Positions 50,135 through 59,119 of a stretch of DNA of 64,000 bases are shown piece by piece (position 1 is the stretch's first letter; the number at the start of each line of letters is the position of its first letter). The translations under genes were made by a program, and so were the position numbers. The notes under the pieces are model-generated. The model saw only the letters and a list, made by a program, of their open reading frames with translations, searched no databases and was not told the DNA's origin. Source of the stretch: a virus. Taxonomy: Duplodnaviria > Caudoviricetes. The DNA lies in IMG/VR virus record IMGVR_UViG_3300020050_005398, positions 17,338-81,337 of that record. The stretch is one strand, 5' to 3'.

Positions 50135-50469
50135 GAGTAATAAACCACAATACTATCTCCAAGTTGTTCTTGCAGTTTTTCCAGCGGTTTACGCAAGCAT
50201 TCAATCCAGTCTCCATATTCACGTAGCATTCGTTCGCTATCAAGGTTATCAAGCACCATATCCAACCATATGGCAACGTAAGCACCGTTGGATACATTGT
50301 CGTAGTTTAGACTCATCCATACATGCCATAAATCTTTGTATTTACCGCCGATTACTTCGTGGTAGTCACGGAAGTATTTACGTTCAATTCCAAGTTCTTT
50401 GCAAATGAATTCTTCAATATCGTTGAAATGAATGTATTCCAGCGTAGAGACTTTGATTGGGTTTTCCAT
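50128..50469 (-). CDS. Hypothetical protein
   Basis: AAGGT SD; 113 aa. Confidence 0.55.
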   Translation of the reverse strand: MENPIKVSTLEYIHFNDIEEFICKELGIERKYFRDYHEVIGGKYKDLWHVWMSLNYDNVSNGAYVAIWLDMVLDNLDSERMLREYGDWIECLRKPLEKLQEQLGDSIVVYYSW

Positions 50470-50560
50470 ATTAACCTTTCATTTCTAAATCATAATACAA
50501 ACCATCAAGAAACACTGCCTTACTTTCTTGACACCAAGTTCACGTTCAAGTGAACGCTCA

Positions 50561-50941
50561 TCATTTGTTGTATATCTTATCAGATAATCCACCTGATAAC
50601 TGCTTGTTCCTACGTTTGTTGCTACGAAGATACGCTGCAAATTCACTATCGTAGTTTTCTTTGTACCAGTTCTTATTGTCACGATCTAACGTAAAGTAAA
50701 GACTCGTATAACAATCTTCTACGTCAGGATTACCTGAGCCTACCATCATTAGGTTGCTATACATTTTCATTGGATGATACTTCTCGCACCACTTGAAGTA
50801 TTCATCTATGCTGAAACCGTTATTATACCAACGAATGTTAGCTACGCAACGCTTATAGTATTTACCGTATGAGTCGGAAGTAGCTTCGTAGATTGAACCT
50901 ACGGTATGTAGGTGCGATTTATCTATGTTTAGTTCACGCAT
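50561..50941 (-). CDS. Hypothetical protein
   Basis: 126-aa ORF, collinear. Confidence 0.5.
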   Translation of the reverse strand: MRELNIDKSHLHTVGSIYEATSDSYGKYYKRCVANIRWYNNGFSIDEYFKWCEKYHPMKMYSNLMMVGSGNPDVEDCYTSLYFTLDRDNKNWYKENYDSEFAAYLRSNKRRNKQLSGGLSDKIYNK

Positions 50942-51067
50942 GAGATCAACTGAACATCAACGTAAATACTGCATAAAAGAAAAGTAGAACATTGAAACCA
51001 ATATACAATACACCAAAAGCAAGTGGTATGATGCGGGACAGCACGTATATTACTTCTTTGAATGAAC

Positions 51068-51325
51068 TCACAGAAATACCTCCTGTACTAAATCAAGTTC
51101 ATGTTCCGGTTGCTCAATGGGATCATACCAACCGAACCTATGATAATGCACTGCTGGTGACTTAGCCGTAATAGTCCAAGGTTTGCTCAGAGCCTTAATC
51201 TGATATACAGCAGCAAATCCCAGAGGATATTCGTAGGTTGATTCCGTAAAGATTGCAGCAACGTAATGCAGGGTGCTGTTTCGTGCGAGGTAAAAACTAC
51301 CTGCTTTTAGTTCGTAGTTATTCAT
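51068..51325 (-). CDS. Hypothetical protein with repeated beta-domain
   Basis: LKAGSFYLARN...YHRFG...DLVQEV. Confidence 0.55.
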   Translation of the reverse strand: MNNYELKAGSFYLARNSTLHYVAAIFTESTYEYPLGFAAVYQIKALSKPWTITAKSPAVHYHRFGWYDPIEQPEHELDLVQEVFL

Positions 51326-51473
51326 TTGTTCCACTGGTTTTCCTTTGGTTCATCTTGCGTATTAGCTTCTGCTTCTTCGATAATTTCAATCAAAGCATCC
51401 AGGGTAAATCCTTGGTAGAAATCGTCTAGGTTAGCTGATTGTTCTTCTGTTAGGTAGTGCATTAGTTAGTCTT

Positions 51474-51734
51474 TCATCCTTTCAAATTATCATTAATCAA
51501 CCGTGTAATAAACGAAGTCTTAACCAAAGGTTTAACCTCCATTACTTTCGTAACCTTACGCTCGTAGTACCTTCTGCTGTCACTGCACATTTTACTATCA
51601 TGTAAAGCATACGAAGATTGTACCTGATTTAACCCACCGTGTACGCTATATCCTACGCTATTATGCGTGCATAGAAACCCGTAGGAGTAACGGCAGGTTG
51701 AGCAAGGGTTTACTTCAGGAGCTGTTTGAGCCAT
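51474..51734 (-). CDS. Cys-containing hypothetical protein
   Basis: CSTCRY...C...C; AAGGA SD. Confidence 0.5.
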   Translation of the reverse strand: MAQTAPEVNPCSTCRYSYGFLCTHNSVGYSVHGGLNQVQSSYALHDSKMCSDSRRYYERKVTKVMEVKPLVKTSFITRLINDNLKG

Positions 51735-51849
51735 AGTTTCCTTTTGTCGTTAAGAAGTCCATATACTACCACAGAATCAACTATTGTTCTAATCACAAAT
51801 TTCTATCAACACTTTATACCGATAGAACAAAACTATCATATAATCTTGG

Positions 51850-51877
51850 TTGACTACTACTAGAATCATGCTACAAT
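51850..51877 (+). promoter_or_regulatory. Sigma70-like promoter with extended -10
   Basis: TTGACT-16 nt-TACAAT, TG upstream of -10. Confidence 0.65.
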
Positions 51878-51913
51878 TACTGCTTCTATATTTTATAATG
51901 AAAGGATTTACAC

Positions 51914-52201
51914 ATGGTAATGCCAGTTCAACTTCTCGCTAATGGTAATTTGCAGATTCAAGAATATTCGCTGATTGATTTCTTGCAGGAGGTACAGAAG
52001 TACGTCATTGACGGATACCGGATGGATTTTGTAACGAATGAAGGTTATCCGCAGCAGTATGGGAGCGTTTATATTGCCCAGATGATTCCCCAGAAAGAAA
52101 CTGCGGTTGAAGCACCAGAAGAACAGAAAGAAGAAACAGAAGTTACAACCGAAGTTCAAACTCAAAGTAAACCTGGGCGTAAATCTAAGGTTCAAGTGTA
52201 A
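51914..52201 (+). CDS. Hypothetical protein
   Basis: AAGGA SD; acidic/basic tail. Confidence 0.55.
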   Translation: MVMPVQLLANGNLQIQEYSLIDFLQEVQKYVIDGYRMDFVTNEGYPQQYGSVYIAQMIPQKETAVEAPEEQKEETEVTTEVQTQSKPGRKSKVQV

Positions 52202-52286
52202 GTTTTTCGTGGTATGATTCGTAGGTAGATCGTTGGTGAATGCTGGCGGTTTACTTTTTGTTTAACTTTGATTAAGGGGTAATACA

Positions 52287-52556
52287 TTGCAAGTAATCTG
52301 GAAAGAAACACTTGAAATTACAGACACTCAAGAAATTGAGCTACCAGTCTGTTCCGAGATTATGTGCGTTCAATCTCAGAAAGGAGCAGTAGTTGTTTAC
52401 TACAAATGTGATTCTGATACTCATCTAAAAGATACACATGTGATTACTCTTGTGGGTACTGGACACCACATACCTTCAGATAGCGGTAAATATGTTGGTA
52501 CGGTTCAGTTGCACGAAGGTGCTCTTGTTCTTCATGTGTTTTCAAAGTTCAGTTAA
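52287..52556 (+). CDS. Conserved phage hypothetical protein
   Basis: IWKETL...IELP...VGTGH...YVGTVQ...LVLHVF pattern. Confidence 0.6.
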   Translation: MQVIWKETLEITDTQEIELPVCSEIMCVQSQKGAVVVYYKCDSDTHLKDTHVITLVGTGHHIPSDSGKYVGTVQLHEGALVLHVFSKFS

Positions 52557-52573
52557 CTAAATAAAGGGGTAAT

Positions 52574-53326
52574 ATGCAACAAAGCAAGCGAATGACTCGC
52601 CGTGATAAACTTCAAGAAAAAGCAGAGATTGCTCCTGTAAAGAGCAAGTTTAAGGAGCAACGTCAGCTTCCACCTATTACTGCTATGACAGAAAAGCAGA
52701 AGGTATATCTGGATATGCTTAATGACCCTGACATTCAGTTGATTGTATGCACAGGTATCTTTGGGTGTGGTAAGTCCTACTTGAGTGCAAGTATTGCTGC
52801 GGATAAATTCCGCAAGAATGAAATCTCAAAGATTATTGTAGCTCGTCCTTATGTGCAGACTGGTAAATCATCAGGAGCCAAGCCTGGTTCCGCGCTTCTC
52901 AAGTTGTATCCCTATGTACGCAATGTGCTAGACCCGATTAAACAACGCCTAGGTAAAGCAGCTTTTGAGATTGCGTTGGACGATGGTGAGCGTGGAAGTA
53001 TCGAAGTCCAAGAACTAGAATCTATTCGTGGTCGTAGCTTTGATGAAGCAAGTTATTTGTTGATCGAGGAAGCTCAACAAAGTACACCAGAAGAAATGCT
53101 TGCTATCGTTACACGTATCAGTGACAACTGCAAACTGGTTGTTTCCGGTGATTTGAATCAGCGTGATATTCGTGGAGAATCTGGTTTGAAATGGTTGCTT
53201 GATTTCGTTAAACGTCACAAAATTAAGAATGTAGGTGTAATCAGTTTTGACGAACCATCTGACGTAGTTCGTGGTGGGTTTGTAAAAAGTGTAGCTATGG
53301 GCCTGATCAAAGATGGTACTTATTAA
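52574..53326 (+). CDS. phoH: PhoH-like ATPase
   Basis: TEKQKVYL, GIFGCGKS, IIVARP, IRGRSF, EEAQ, GDLNQRD. Confidence 0.9.
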   Translation: MQQSKRMTRRDKLQEKAEIAPVKSKFKEQRQLPPITAMTEKQKVYLDMLNDPDIQLIVCTGIFGCGKSYLSASIAADKFRKNEISKIIVARPYVQTGKSSGAKPGSALLKLYPYVRNVLDPIKQRLGKAAFEIALDDGERGSIEVQELESIRGRSFDEASYLLIEEAQQSTPEEMLAIVTRISDNCKLVVSGDLNQRDIRGESGLKWLLDFVKRHKIKNVGVISFDEPSDVVRGGFVKSVAMGLIKDGTY

Positions 53327-53335
53327 GGAGAACAA

Positions 53336-54013
53336 ATGAAAAAACAAAAATACGCCTCATTCAAAACTAAACACCACAGTAAAACCTTCATTACAGCCTC
53401 CGATGAAGACGATGAAGAAGACGTAGATTCATCTTCAAGTAAATTCCTGGGTTACTTCAAGAAAGTAAGTGTAAGTCAAATCATTGAAGTTCCAATTGAT
53501 GAAGATTTCAAAGCTCCTCATTACTACCGTAATATCTGCAATGCAATCTCCAATACTTCCGAAGATGACTTCGTGCGTTTCAACATCGCAAGCTATGGAG
53601 GTAGGCTTGACGGTCTAACCAGCATTCTAGCTGCGGTTGCTAAAACAGACGCTACTACTGAAGCATGGATTAACGGGCCGTGTAAATCTGCTGGTGCATT
53701 CCTTGCGTTGAGTTGCGATAATGTCTACGTTACACCTTACGCCGATCTAATGATTCACTTTGCATCGTTTGGTAGCGTAGGTAAAGTATCCGATGTTGTA
53801 GCGCACGTTACTCATACTGCTGCTTATACTGAAGATTTGTTCCGTGAAACATTCAAGTATTTTCTTACGGATGACGAGATTGAACGTGCAATTAAGGATG
53901 GGAAAGAATATCACATGAATGCTGCTGAAGTTATTCGTAGGTTGGAGATTCGGATGGAATACTTCCAGAAAGAAGAAGCAGAGAATAATGCTGGTGAAGG
54001 AACTGATGAATGA
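53336..54013 (+). CDS. ClpP-like serine protease
   Basis: IASYGG, CKSAGAFL (catalytic Ser), LMIH (His). Confidence 0.8.
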   Translation: MKKQKYASFKTKHHSKTFITASDEDDEEDVDSSSSKFLGYFKKVSVSQIIEVPIDEDFKAPHYYRNICNAISNTSEDDFVRFNIASYGGRLDGLTSILAAVAKTDATTEAWINGPCKSAGAFLALSCDNVYVTPYADLMIHFASFGSVGKVSDVVAHVTHTAAYTEDLFRETFKYFLTDDEIERAIKDGKEYHMNAAEVIRRLEIRMEYFQKEEAENNAGEGTDE

Positions 54014-54360
54014 ATTTACTCTCTTTTATATGTGTGTTCACGGTGTTGTTAGTAATCATTGCAACATGTATAACAGCAGTAGAAATGCTAAGTTTATCTG
54101 GTTCAATGGAAAAGAGAGGGTATGAATGAGTTTATTGGGTGTAATAATCAGTAGTATTGTAGCTACTGTTTACATTGGATTCCTTGTTAATTTCTTTGTA
54201 TATTGGTTAAAACAACGTAATGATTAAAGGAGATTGTTAATGAGCCTCTACCTATTTATGTTCATGTTTCTAGGCGTAATGCAACGTGCGTTCTTTCATT
54301 GGAATCCATATGATACTTACTAAGATAAAACTTGCAGTTGCTGCTGTTGTACTTGCTGTT

Positions 54361-54480
54361 GGAATACGCTTTAAAGCCTTCATGAAGGCTTCTACATCTC
54401 GCTACAACAGCTTTAAATCAACAGGTTGATACCTAGGTAGCCAACAGCCCCGATAGAGCCTCCTAGAACGTATAGAAGGT
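54361..54480 (-). repeat. Dispersed intergenic double-palindrome repeat, copy D
   Basis: Minus strand GGCTACCTAGGTATCAACCTGTTGATTTAAAGCTGTTGTAGCGAGAT. Confidence 0.8.
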
Positions 54481-54522
54481 TTTACCGGGGCTTTTATGCG
54501 TAGTAACTAACGAAAGGAAATC

Positions 54523-55014
54523 ATGCCAGATATTACACCAGAACGACTACGTGAACTAATAGAATACGATAAAGAAAACGGTATATTAATTGTACGTAAA
54601 ACCGGACGTAAGACATTCCCTGATGAAAACGGTACGTTGATTGTGTTCGATAAGAAATCCTACCGTTTCAAGTACGAGAAGTTATGCGTTGCTTTACTGA
54701 ACGGTAAATACCTAGAACCTAACGAACGTGTACTATTCAAGAATATGCAGAAGGATGACTTCAGGGCTATCAACTTGAAGGTAGTTACCAAAGAAGAATA
54801 CTTGCTAGTCAAAGAAGCATACAGGAATTTAACTTCAGGTATTCGTTATGATCACCACCACAAGGATAAGTTGCAGTATGTCGTGCAGTATTACGAAGAT
54901 GGTACGCTGAAGCATCAAATCATTGCTGACTTAGGTAAGGTTAAGAACGTGATTAGAGAACTCAGGGTTAAGTACAGCAAGATTATTACGAAGTATTGCA
55001 TTTTCGACGAGTAG
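54523..55014 (+). CDS. HNH-fold protein lacking catalytic residues
   Basis: ITPERLRELIEYD..NG start typical of HNH_3 endonucleases; DH..N..NL motif reads LFKNMQKDDFRAINL. Confidence 0.55.
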   Translation: MPDITPERLRELIEYDKENGILIVRKTGRKTFPDENGTLIVFDKKSYRFKYEKLCVALLNGKYLEPNERVLFKNMQKDDFRAINLKVVTKEEYLLVKEAYRNLTSGIRYDHHHKDKLQYVVQYYEDGTLKHQIIADLGKVKNVIRELRVKYSKIITKYCIFDE

Positions 55015-55049
55015 TCGAAATATCATGTATATTTGACTGAAAGGGTTTT

Positions 55050-55715
55050 ATGGACTATAAAACTGACAATCTCTGGCTTATGCAAGGTGATTGCTTAGAA
55101 CGTATGAAAGAAATTGAGACAGGTTCTGTAGATATGATTTTTGTTGATATTCCTTATGGAGAGGTAAATAGAAAAAGCAATGGGTTGAGAAACTTGGATA
55201 AAGGCAAGGCTGATGATTGTTCAAGTTTTAATCTTGAAGACTCTATTACGAGTGCTTTACGGGTACTGAGTGGAAGTATCTATGTTTTCTGTGGTACTGA
55301 GCAAGTTTCTGATATTCGTAAATTGTTAGTAGTGAACGGTTTAACCACCAGACTCTGTATATGGGAGAAAACAAATCCTTCACCTATGAATGGTCAACGT
55401 GTTTGGTTATCTGGTGTTGAATGCTGTGTTTATGGTAAACGAAAGAATGCTACTTTTAATGAACATTGTAAGAATACGGTGTGGAGATTTCCAACAGTAC
55501 ATGGAAAGTTACATCCAACACAGAAACCGTTGAAACTTGTAGAGTATGTCATTGGTGTTTCAAGTAATGAAGGTGATACCGTACTAGACTTTACAATGGG
55601 TTCAGGAACCACCGGAGTAGCTTGCCTAAATACTAACCGAAAATTCATTGGAATTGAACTAGATGAAACTTACTACAATTTAGCCAAAGAACGTATTGTA
55701 AATACAATTACATAA
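55050..55715 (+). CDS. Orphan DNA amino-methyltransferase (N6/N4, beta class)
   Basis: DIPY motif IV variant, HPTQKP, VLDFTMGSGTTG, FIGIE. Confidence 0.9.
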   Translation: MDYKTDNLWLMQGDCLERMKEIETGSVDMIFVDIPYGEVNRKSNGLRNLDKGKADDCSSFNLEDSITSALRVLSGSIYVFCGTEQVSDIRKLLVVNGLTTRLCIWEKTNPSPMNGQRVWLSGVECCVYGKRKNATFNEHCKNTVWRFPTVHGKLHPTQKPLKLVEYVIGVSSNEGDTVLDFTMGSGTTGVACLNTNRKFIGIELDETYYNLAKERIVNTIT

Positions 55716-55725
55716 CTTCATTAAC

Positions 55726-55754
55726 TTGTATTTAGCATTCTTCGCTGCTATAAT
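55726..55754 (+). promoter_or_regulatory. Sigma70-like promoter
   Basis: TTGTAT-17 nt-TATAAT with TG extension. Confidence 0.6.
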
Positions 55755-55883
55755 AACCGCTAGTTTTGTATATGCTAATAATGTGTTTAGCTGGCTTACT
55801 ATCATAACAACAAGTGATATAACTAAATGTAAAATTAGCTGTTATTAATACAGCAATGACTGCACGAAATCACAATAACTAAA

Positions 55884-55977
55884 AATAGTAAGTCAGTAAT
55901 CGGGTGTATTTAGTGCTTTACTCCTGCACTACATGACACCGCTGGAACCGTAACCAGCGACTATTCTAAGTAAGGAG
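55884..55977 (+). promoter_or_regulatory. Structured 5' leader with anti-SD loop
   Basis: TAGTGC-TTTACTCCT-GCACTA and CGCTGG-AACCGTAA-CCAGCG hairpins; loop CTCCT complementary to AGGAG at 55973. Confidence 0.45.
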
Positions 55978-55982
55978 CTAAG

Positions 55983-58397
55983 ATGAACTACGATCCATAT
56001 TTTAATAATGTGTCTTTACTTCTACATTTTGATGGTGCTAGTGGAAGTACGGACTTTGTAGACAACAGTAGTAAATTACAGGTTGTAAATTATGAAGGTA
56101 GTACATCATTAAACAATACAAACTATAAGTTTGGTTCGGCATCGGCATATTTTAATAGTTTAGGATCAAAAGTATATGTTGCTAACTCTCCAGACTTTGT
56201 GTTTGGTAGTGCTGACTTTACGATAGAGTGCTGGGTATATATTGTCACTGGACAGGCATATGCCCGTATAATAAACTTCGGGCCTTTCTGGCAAAGTAAT
56301 AATGCTTTTAATCTGTTGGCAATAGATGCGGATTACCCTAATAAAATAACTTTTGCAAGCTACAAGCTAGGTGTTTCTAGGTTGTGTGTGTCCACATTAG
56401 ACATCAAAAGAGACACTTGGTATAATGTTGCTGTAACTAGAAAAGATGGTATTTTTAGACTATTTATCAACGGTATATTGGAATCTACAAATTCTAATTA
56501 CGTTGGAATTACAATAGAAGAAAATACTACAACAACCGTTACAGTGGGTAGTGCAATAACAACATCTGGTGGTGAAGATTTAATCGGGTATGTTGATGAA
56601 CTGCGAATTACAAAAGGTATTGCTAGATATGTATCTAATTTTACAGTCCAGACGGAATCATTTCCAAATGGTAATTACATATATACACCAGTATCTTTAG
56701 GCGTAGGTAAATCATTCCTGTTTAAAGAAGAAGATACTTGGGGTGTCGTACCTAGTCAAACTGAAGCTACTAACCTGCGTAGAACAAATGCTGTATTTGA
56801 TATTGTAACTGAGCTTTACACTTCAAATGAAATTTTTGTTGATCAACGTAAAACTGGTATTAATGCTAGGTATTGGCGCGTAGTATTTACGCACTCAACA
56901 GGATTAGATATATGGCTGGGTGAAGTTGTGTTTAGGGATAAAGCTGGTAATGACCTGTGCATAGGTGGTACACCATTTGCTAGCAGTATATATAGCAATC
57001 TGTATCCAGCAAATCTGGCTTTCGATAAAAACAATACATCTCTAGGTTGGGGCAGTGCTGTAAATCAATTCCCTTGCTGGATAGCTTATGATTTTAATAG
57101 GTTAGTTGAGGTTACTTCAATCGATGTTACACTACCTCCTTTTCCAAGTGCTTACGATGAATTACCTGTACTGAATAAATACTATGTTCAGTATTCTATT
57201 GACGGTATTTCATATACAACTCATAATGGTATAACAACAACCGGCTCTGTTGCAATAGGTTCTACGTTTATAATACATCTTGAAGATAAAACAGTAATCG
57301 ATCCTGGAAATCAAATTCGACAAGTAAAGCACGGATTGCGTAATGCTAAAGGTTCAATAAAAGCTGAACTATCTGCTGGGACTTACGCAAAACTAATCGC
57401 TAATACTATCGCAAGTAACTACTCGCATGACGTAGATATTCTTGATCTGAGCATTAAGATTGAACAGAACTTAACTGACAGCACAACCTACGACATTACT
57501 CGTCAATTAGGTTCTTGGGTTGTAGATGGATTTACTGCTGGTACGGTAGTTAAACTCGATGGGCCATTGCTCAGTATCAACAACAAGTTGAACAACTTGT
57601 ATATTTGTAGCTTAACAGAAACTGTACTTACGGTTTATCCGTTGAATTCAGTTGAGTTGACCGAACAACCTAACTTCGTGTATCCTAACAGATGTTATAC
57701 AGTAGGTGCTATTGCTTATGCAAAGAAAACTGATCAGATTGATAAATCGTTTAGCTTTGAAGAACGTGATCACAGGTTAGGAATATCAGAGCTTTACTCT
57801 GGTAATAAAGTAAAAGCATTTGAAGTAAATACTGATGTTAAATCAGGATTACCTACGATTGACTTTGAGTTGCTTGGTAGAGATTTAGTTCGTAAGGAAT
57901 CAACGCAATACTTCAATGATGCACCTTACAGCAGTACTCAAGTAGTTTCTCCTGTTTGTACCAAAGCGTTTATTGACAATTCACTTATCGGTGTAATGAC
58001 GGGTCTTACTCTACGAGTAGAACGTGAGTTGCAACCAAACCACATTGTAGGTTCTAAGCAGTCAATTGCTATTTCAGAATCTATGCTGAACGTAAGTGGT
58101 TCGTTTACCGTGTATTTTAAAGATGCTAGTTTGAAGCAGCGTTATTACAACGAAACTACTTGCGGTCTTACTGTAGTATTTGCTGATAGTCTAGCAAAAG
58201 ATGCGCAGGTTATTTCTTTCTGTTTACCTAGGGTTGTACTCAAGAGCAAACGTAAGAATGACAACGCGAATATGTTGTATGATACTTACGAGTTTACTGC
58301 AATAATGAACAACTCAGATTTGAACTATCTGTTAACGACAATTGCTATTCAGGATTCTGCTGCTGCGATTGATCCAGATATTCCAAGCTCCTTCTGA
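55983..58397 (+). CDS. Chimeric virion-type protein: LamG lectin + tail-tube fold with inserted discoidin-like domain
   Basis: VSLLLHFDG...YVDELRITKG (LamG); KEEDTWG...SNEI | insert ARYWRV..LGEVVF..WIAYDF | RQVKHG..ELS...VSGSFTVYFKD (tube). Confidence 0.7.
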   Translation: MNYDPYFNNVSLLLHFDGASGSTDFVDNSSKLQVVNYEGSTSLNNTNYKFGSASAYFNSLGSKVYVANSPDFVFGSADFTIECWVYIVTGQAYARIINFGPFWQSNNAFNLLAIDADYPNKITFASYKLGVSRLCVSTLDIKRDTWYNVAVTRKDGIFRLFINGILESTNSNYVGITIEENTTTTVTVGSAITTSGGEDLIGYVDELRITKGIARYVSNFTVQTESFPNGNYIYTPVSLGVGKSFLFKEEDTWGVVPSQTEATNLRRTNAVFDIVTELYTSNEIFVDQRKTGINARYWRVVFTHSTGLDIWLGEVVFRDKAGNDLCIGGTPFASSIYSNLYPANLAFDKNNTSLGWGSAVNQFPCWIAYDFNRLVEVTSIDVTLPPFPSAYDELPVLNKYYVQYSIDGISYTTHNGITTTGSVAIGSTFIIHLEDKTVIDPGNQIRQVKHGLRNAKGSIKAELSAGTYAKLIANTIASNYSHDVDILDLSIKIEQNLTDSTTYDITRQLGSWVVDGFTAGTVVKLDGPLLSINNKLNNLYICSLTETVLTVYPLNSVELTEQPNFVYPNRCYTVGAIAYAKKTDQIDKSFSFEERDHRLGISELYSGNKVKAFEVNTDVKSGLPTIDFELLGRDLVRKESTQYFNDAPYSSTQVVSPVCTKAFIDNSLIGVMTGLTLRVERELQPNHIVGSKQSIAISESMLNVSGSFTVYFKDASLKQRYYNETTCGLTVVFADSLAKDAQVISFCLPRVVLKSKRKNDNANMLYDTYEFTAIMNNSDLNYLLTTIAIQDSAAAIDPDIPSSF

Positions 58398-59094
58398 TGG
58401 TGTATCGCTACTAGTTTCTCCTGTAAGTTTTACACCTAATAGCTCCGGCACTTTGTCGTTTGTACGTCTGTATAACAATCTAGTGCCTATTGCAGATATT
58501 AGTTGCGGGTTAGTAGGTTCAGGCGATTCTGCAATTGCTAGTACGTTGACTATTACAAGCGGTACACCGTTTTCTATTACTGATTTACGGGTTAGACTTT
58601 CTACTGTTGGTAACGTAAGTATCAGTCCTAGCGTGGCTAATCATTTCTTGAGTTATTTGCTGGGTACTTCTTCACCTTCTTATGGTGCGTACTTATCTGC
58701 GTTTAACAGATTCGATGCTACTGCTGGTACTTACACAAGGACAGTAACCATTGATTTGTACGATGGTGCTATTCCAAGTAGAGCAGACCAGACAGCAACC
58801 GGAACTAAGCTGTGGACTAAGACTCTGAGTAACAACGGTTTGTTTTCTACTACTTCTACGCTGGGACTAGCGTTGGATGTAGCTCAGACTGCTAACGCAA
58901 TAGCAACGGGTGTACCAACATATTGCAGGGTTACTAAGCTAGGATTTACTTCTAGTGGTGTAGTTTATCCAACGTGCGTACTACAAGTTCCAGTCAGCAA
59001 TGCTTCTAGCGGTTGTGTAGTATCAGACGGTACGTTTACTTCCGGTCAATCATATACAATAACAAACCTTACGCTTACGCTAAATCCTAGCTAA
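58342..59094 (+). CDS. Virion structural-type ORF without a clear start
   Basis: IDLYDGAIP..AD..TGTKL...ATG..TYCRV pattern of small tail-associated proteins; no Met codon, TTG start lacks SD. Confidence 0.5.
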   Translation: MLFRILLLRLIQIFQAPSDGVSLLVSPVSFTPNSSGTLSFVRLYNNLVPIADISCGLVGSGDSAIASTLTITSGTPFSITDLRVRLSTVGNVSISPSVANHFLSYLLGTSSPSYGAYLSAFNRFDATAGTYTRTVTIDLYDGAIPSRADQTATGTKLWTKTLSNNGLFSTTSTLGLALDVAQTANAIATGVPTYCRVTKLGFTSSGVVYPTCVLQVPVSNASSGCVVSDGTFTSGQSYTITNLTLTLNPS

Positions 59095-59119
59095 GTAGTA
59101 ATCGAGGAGAATAACAAAA

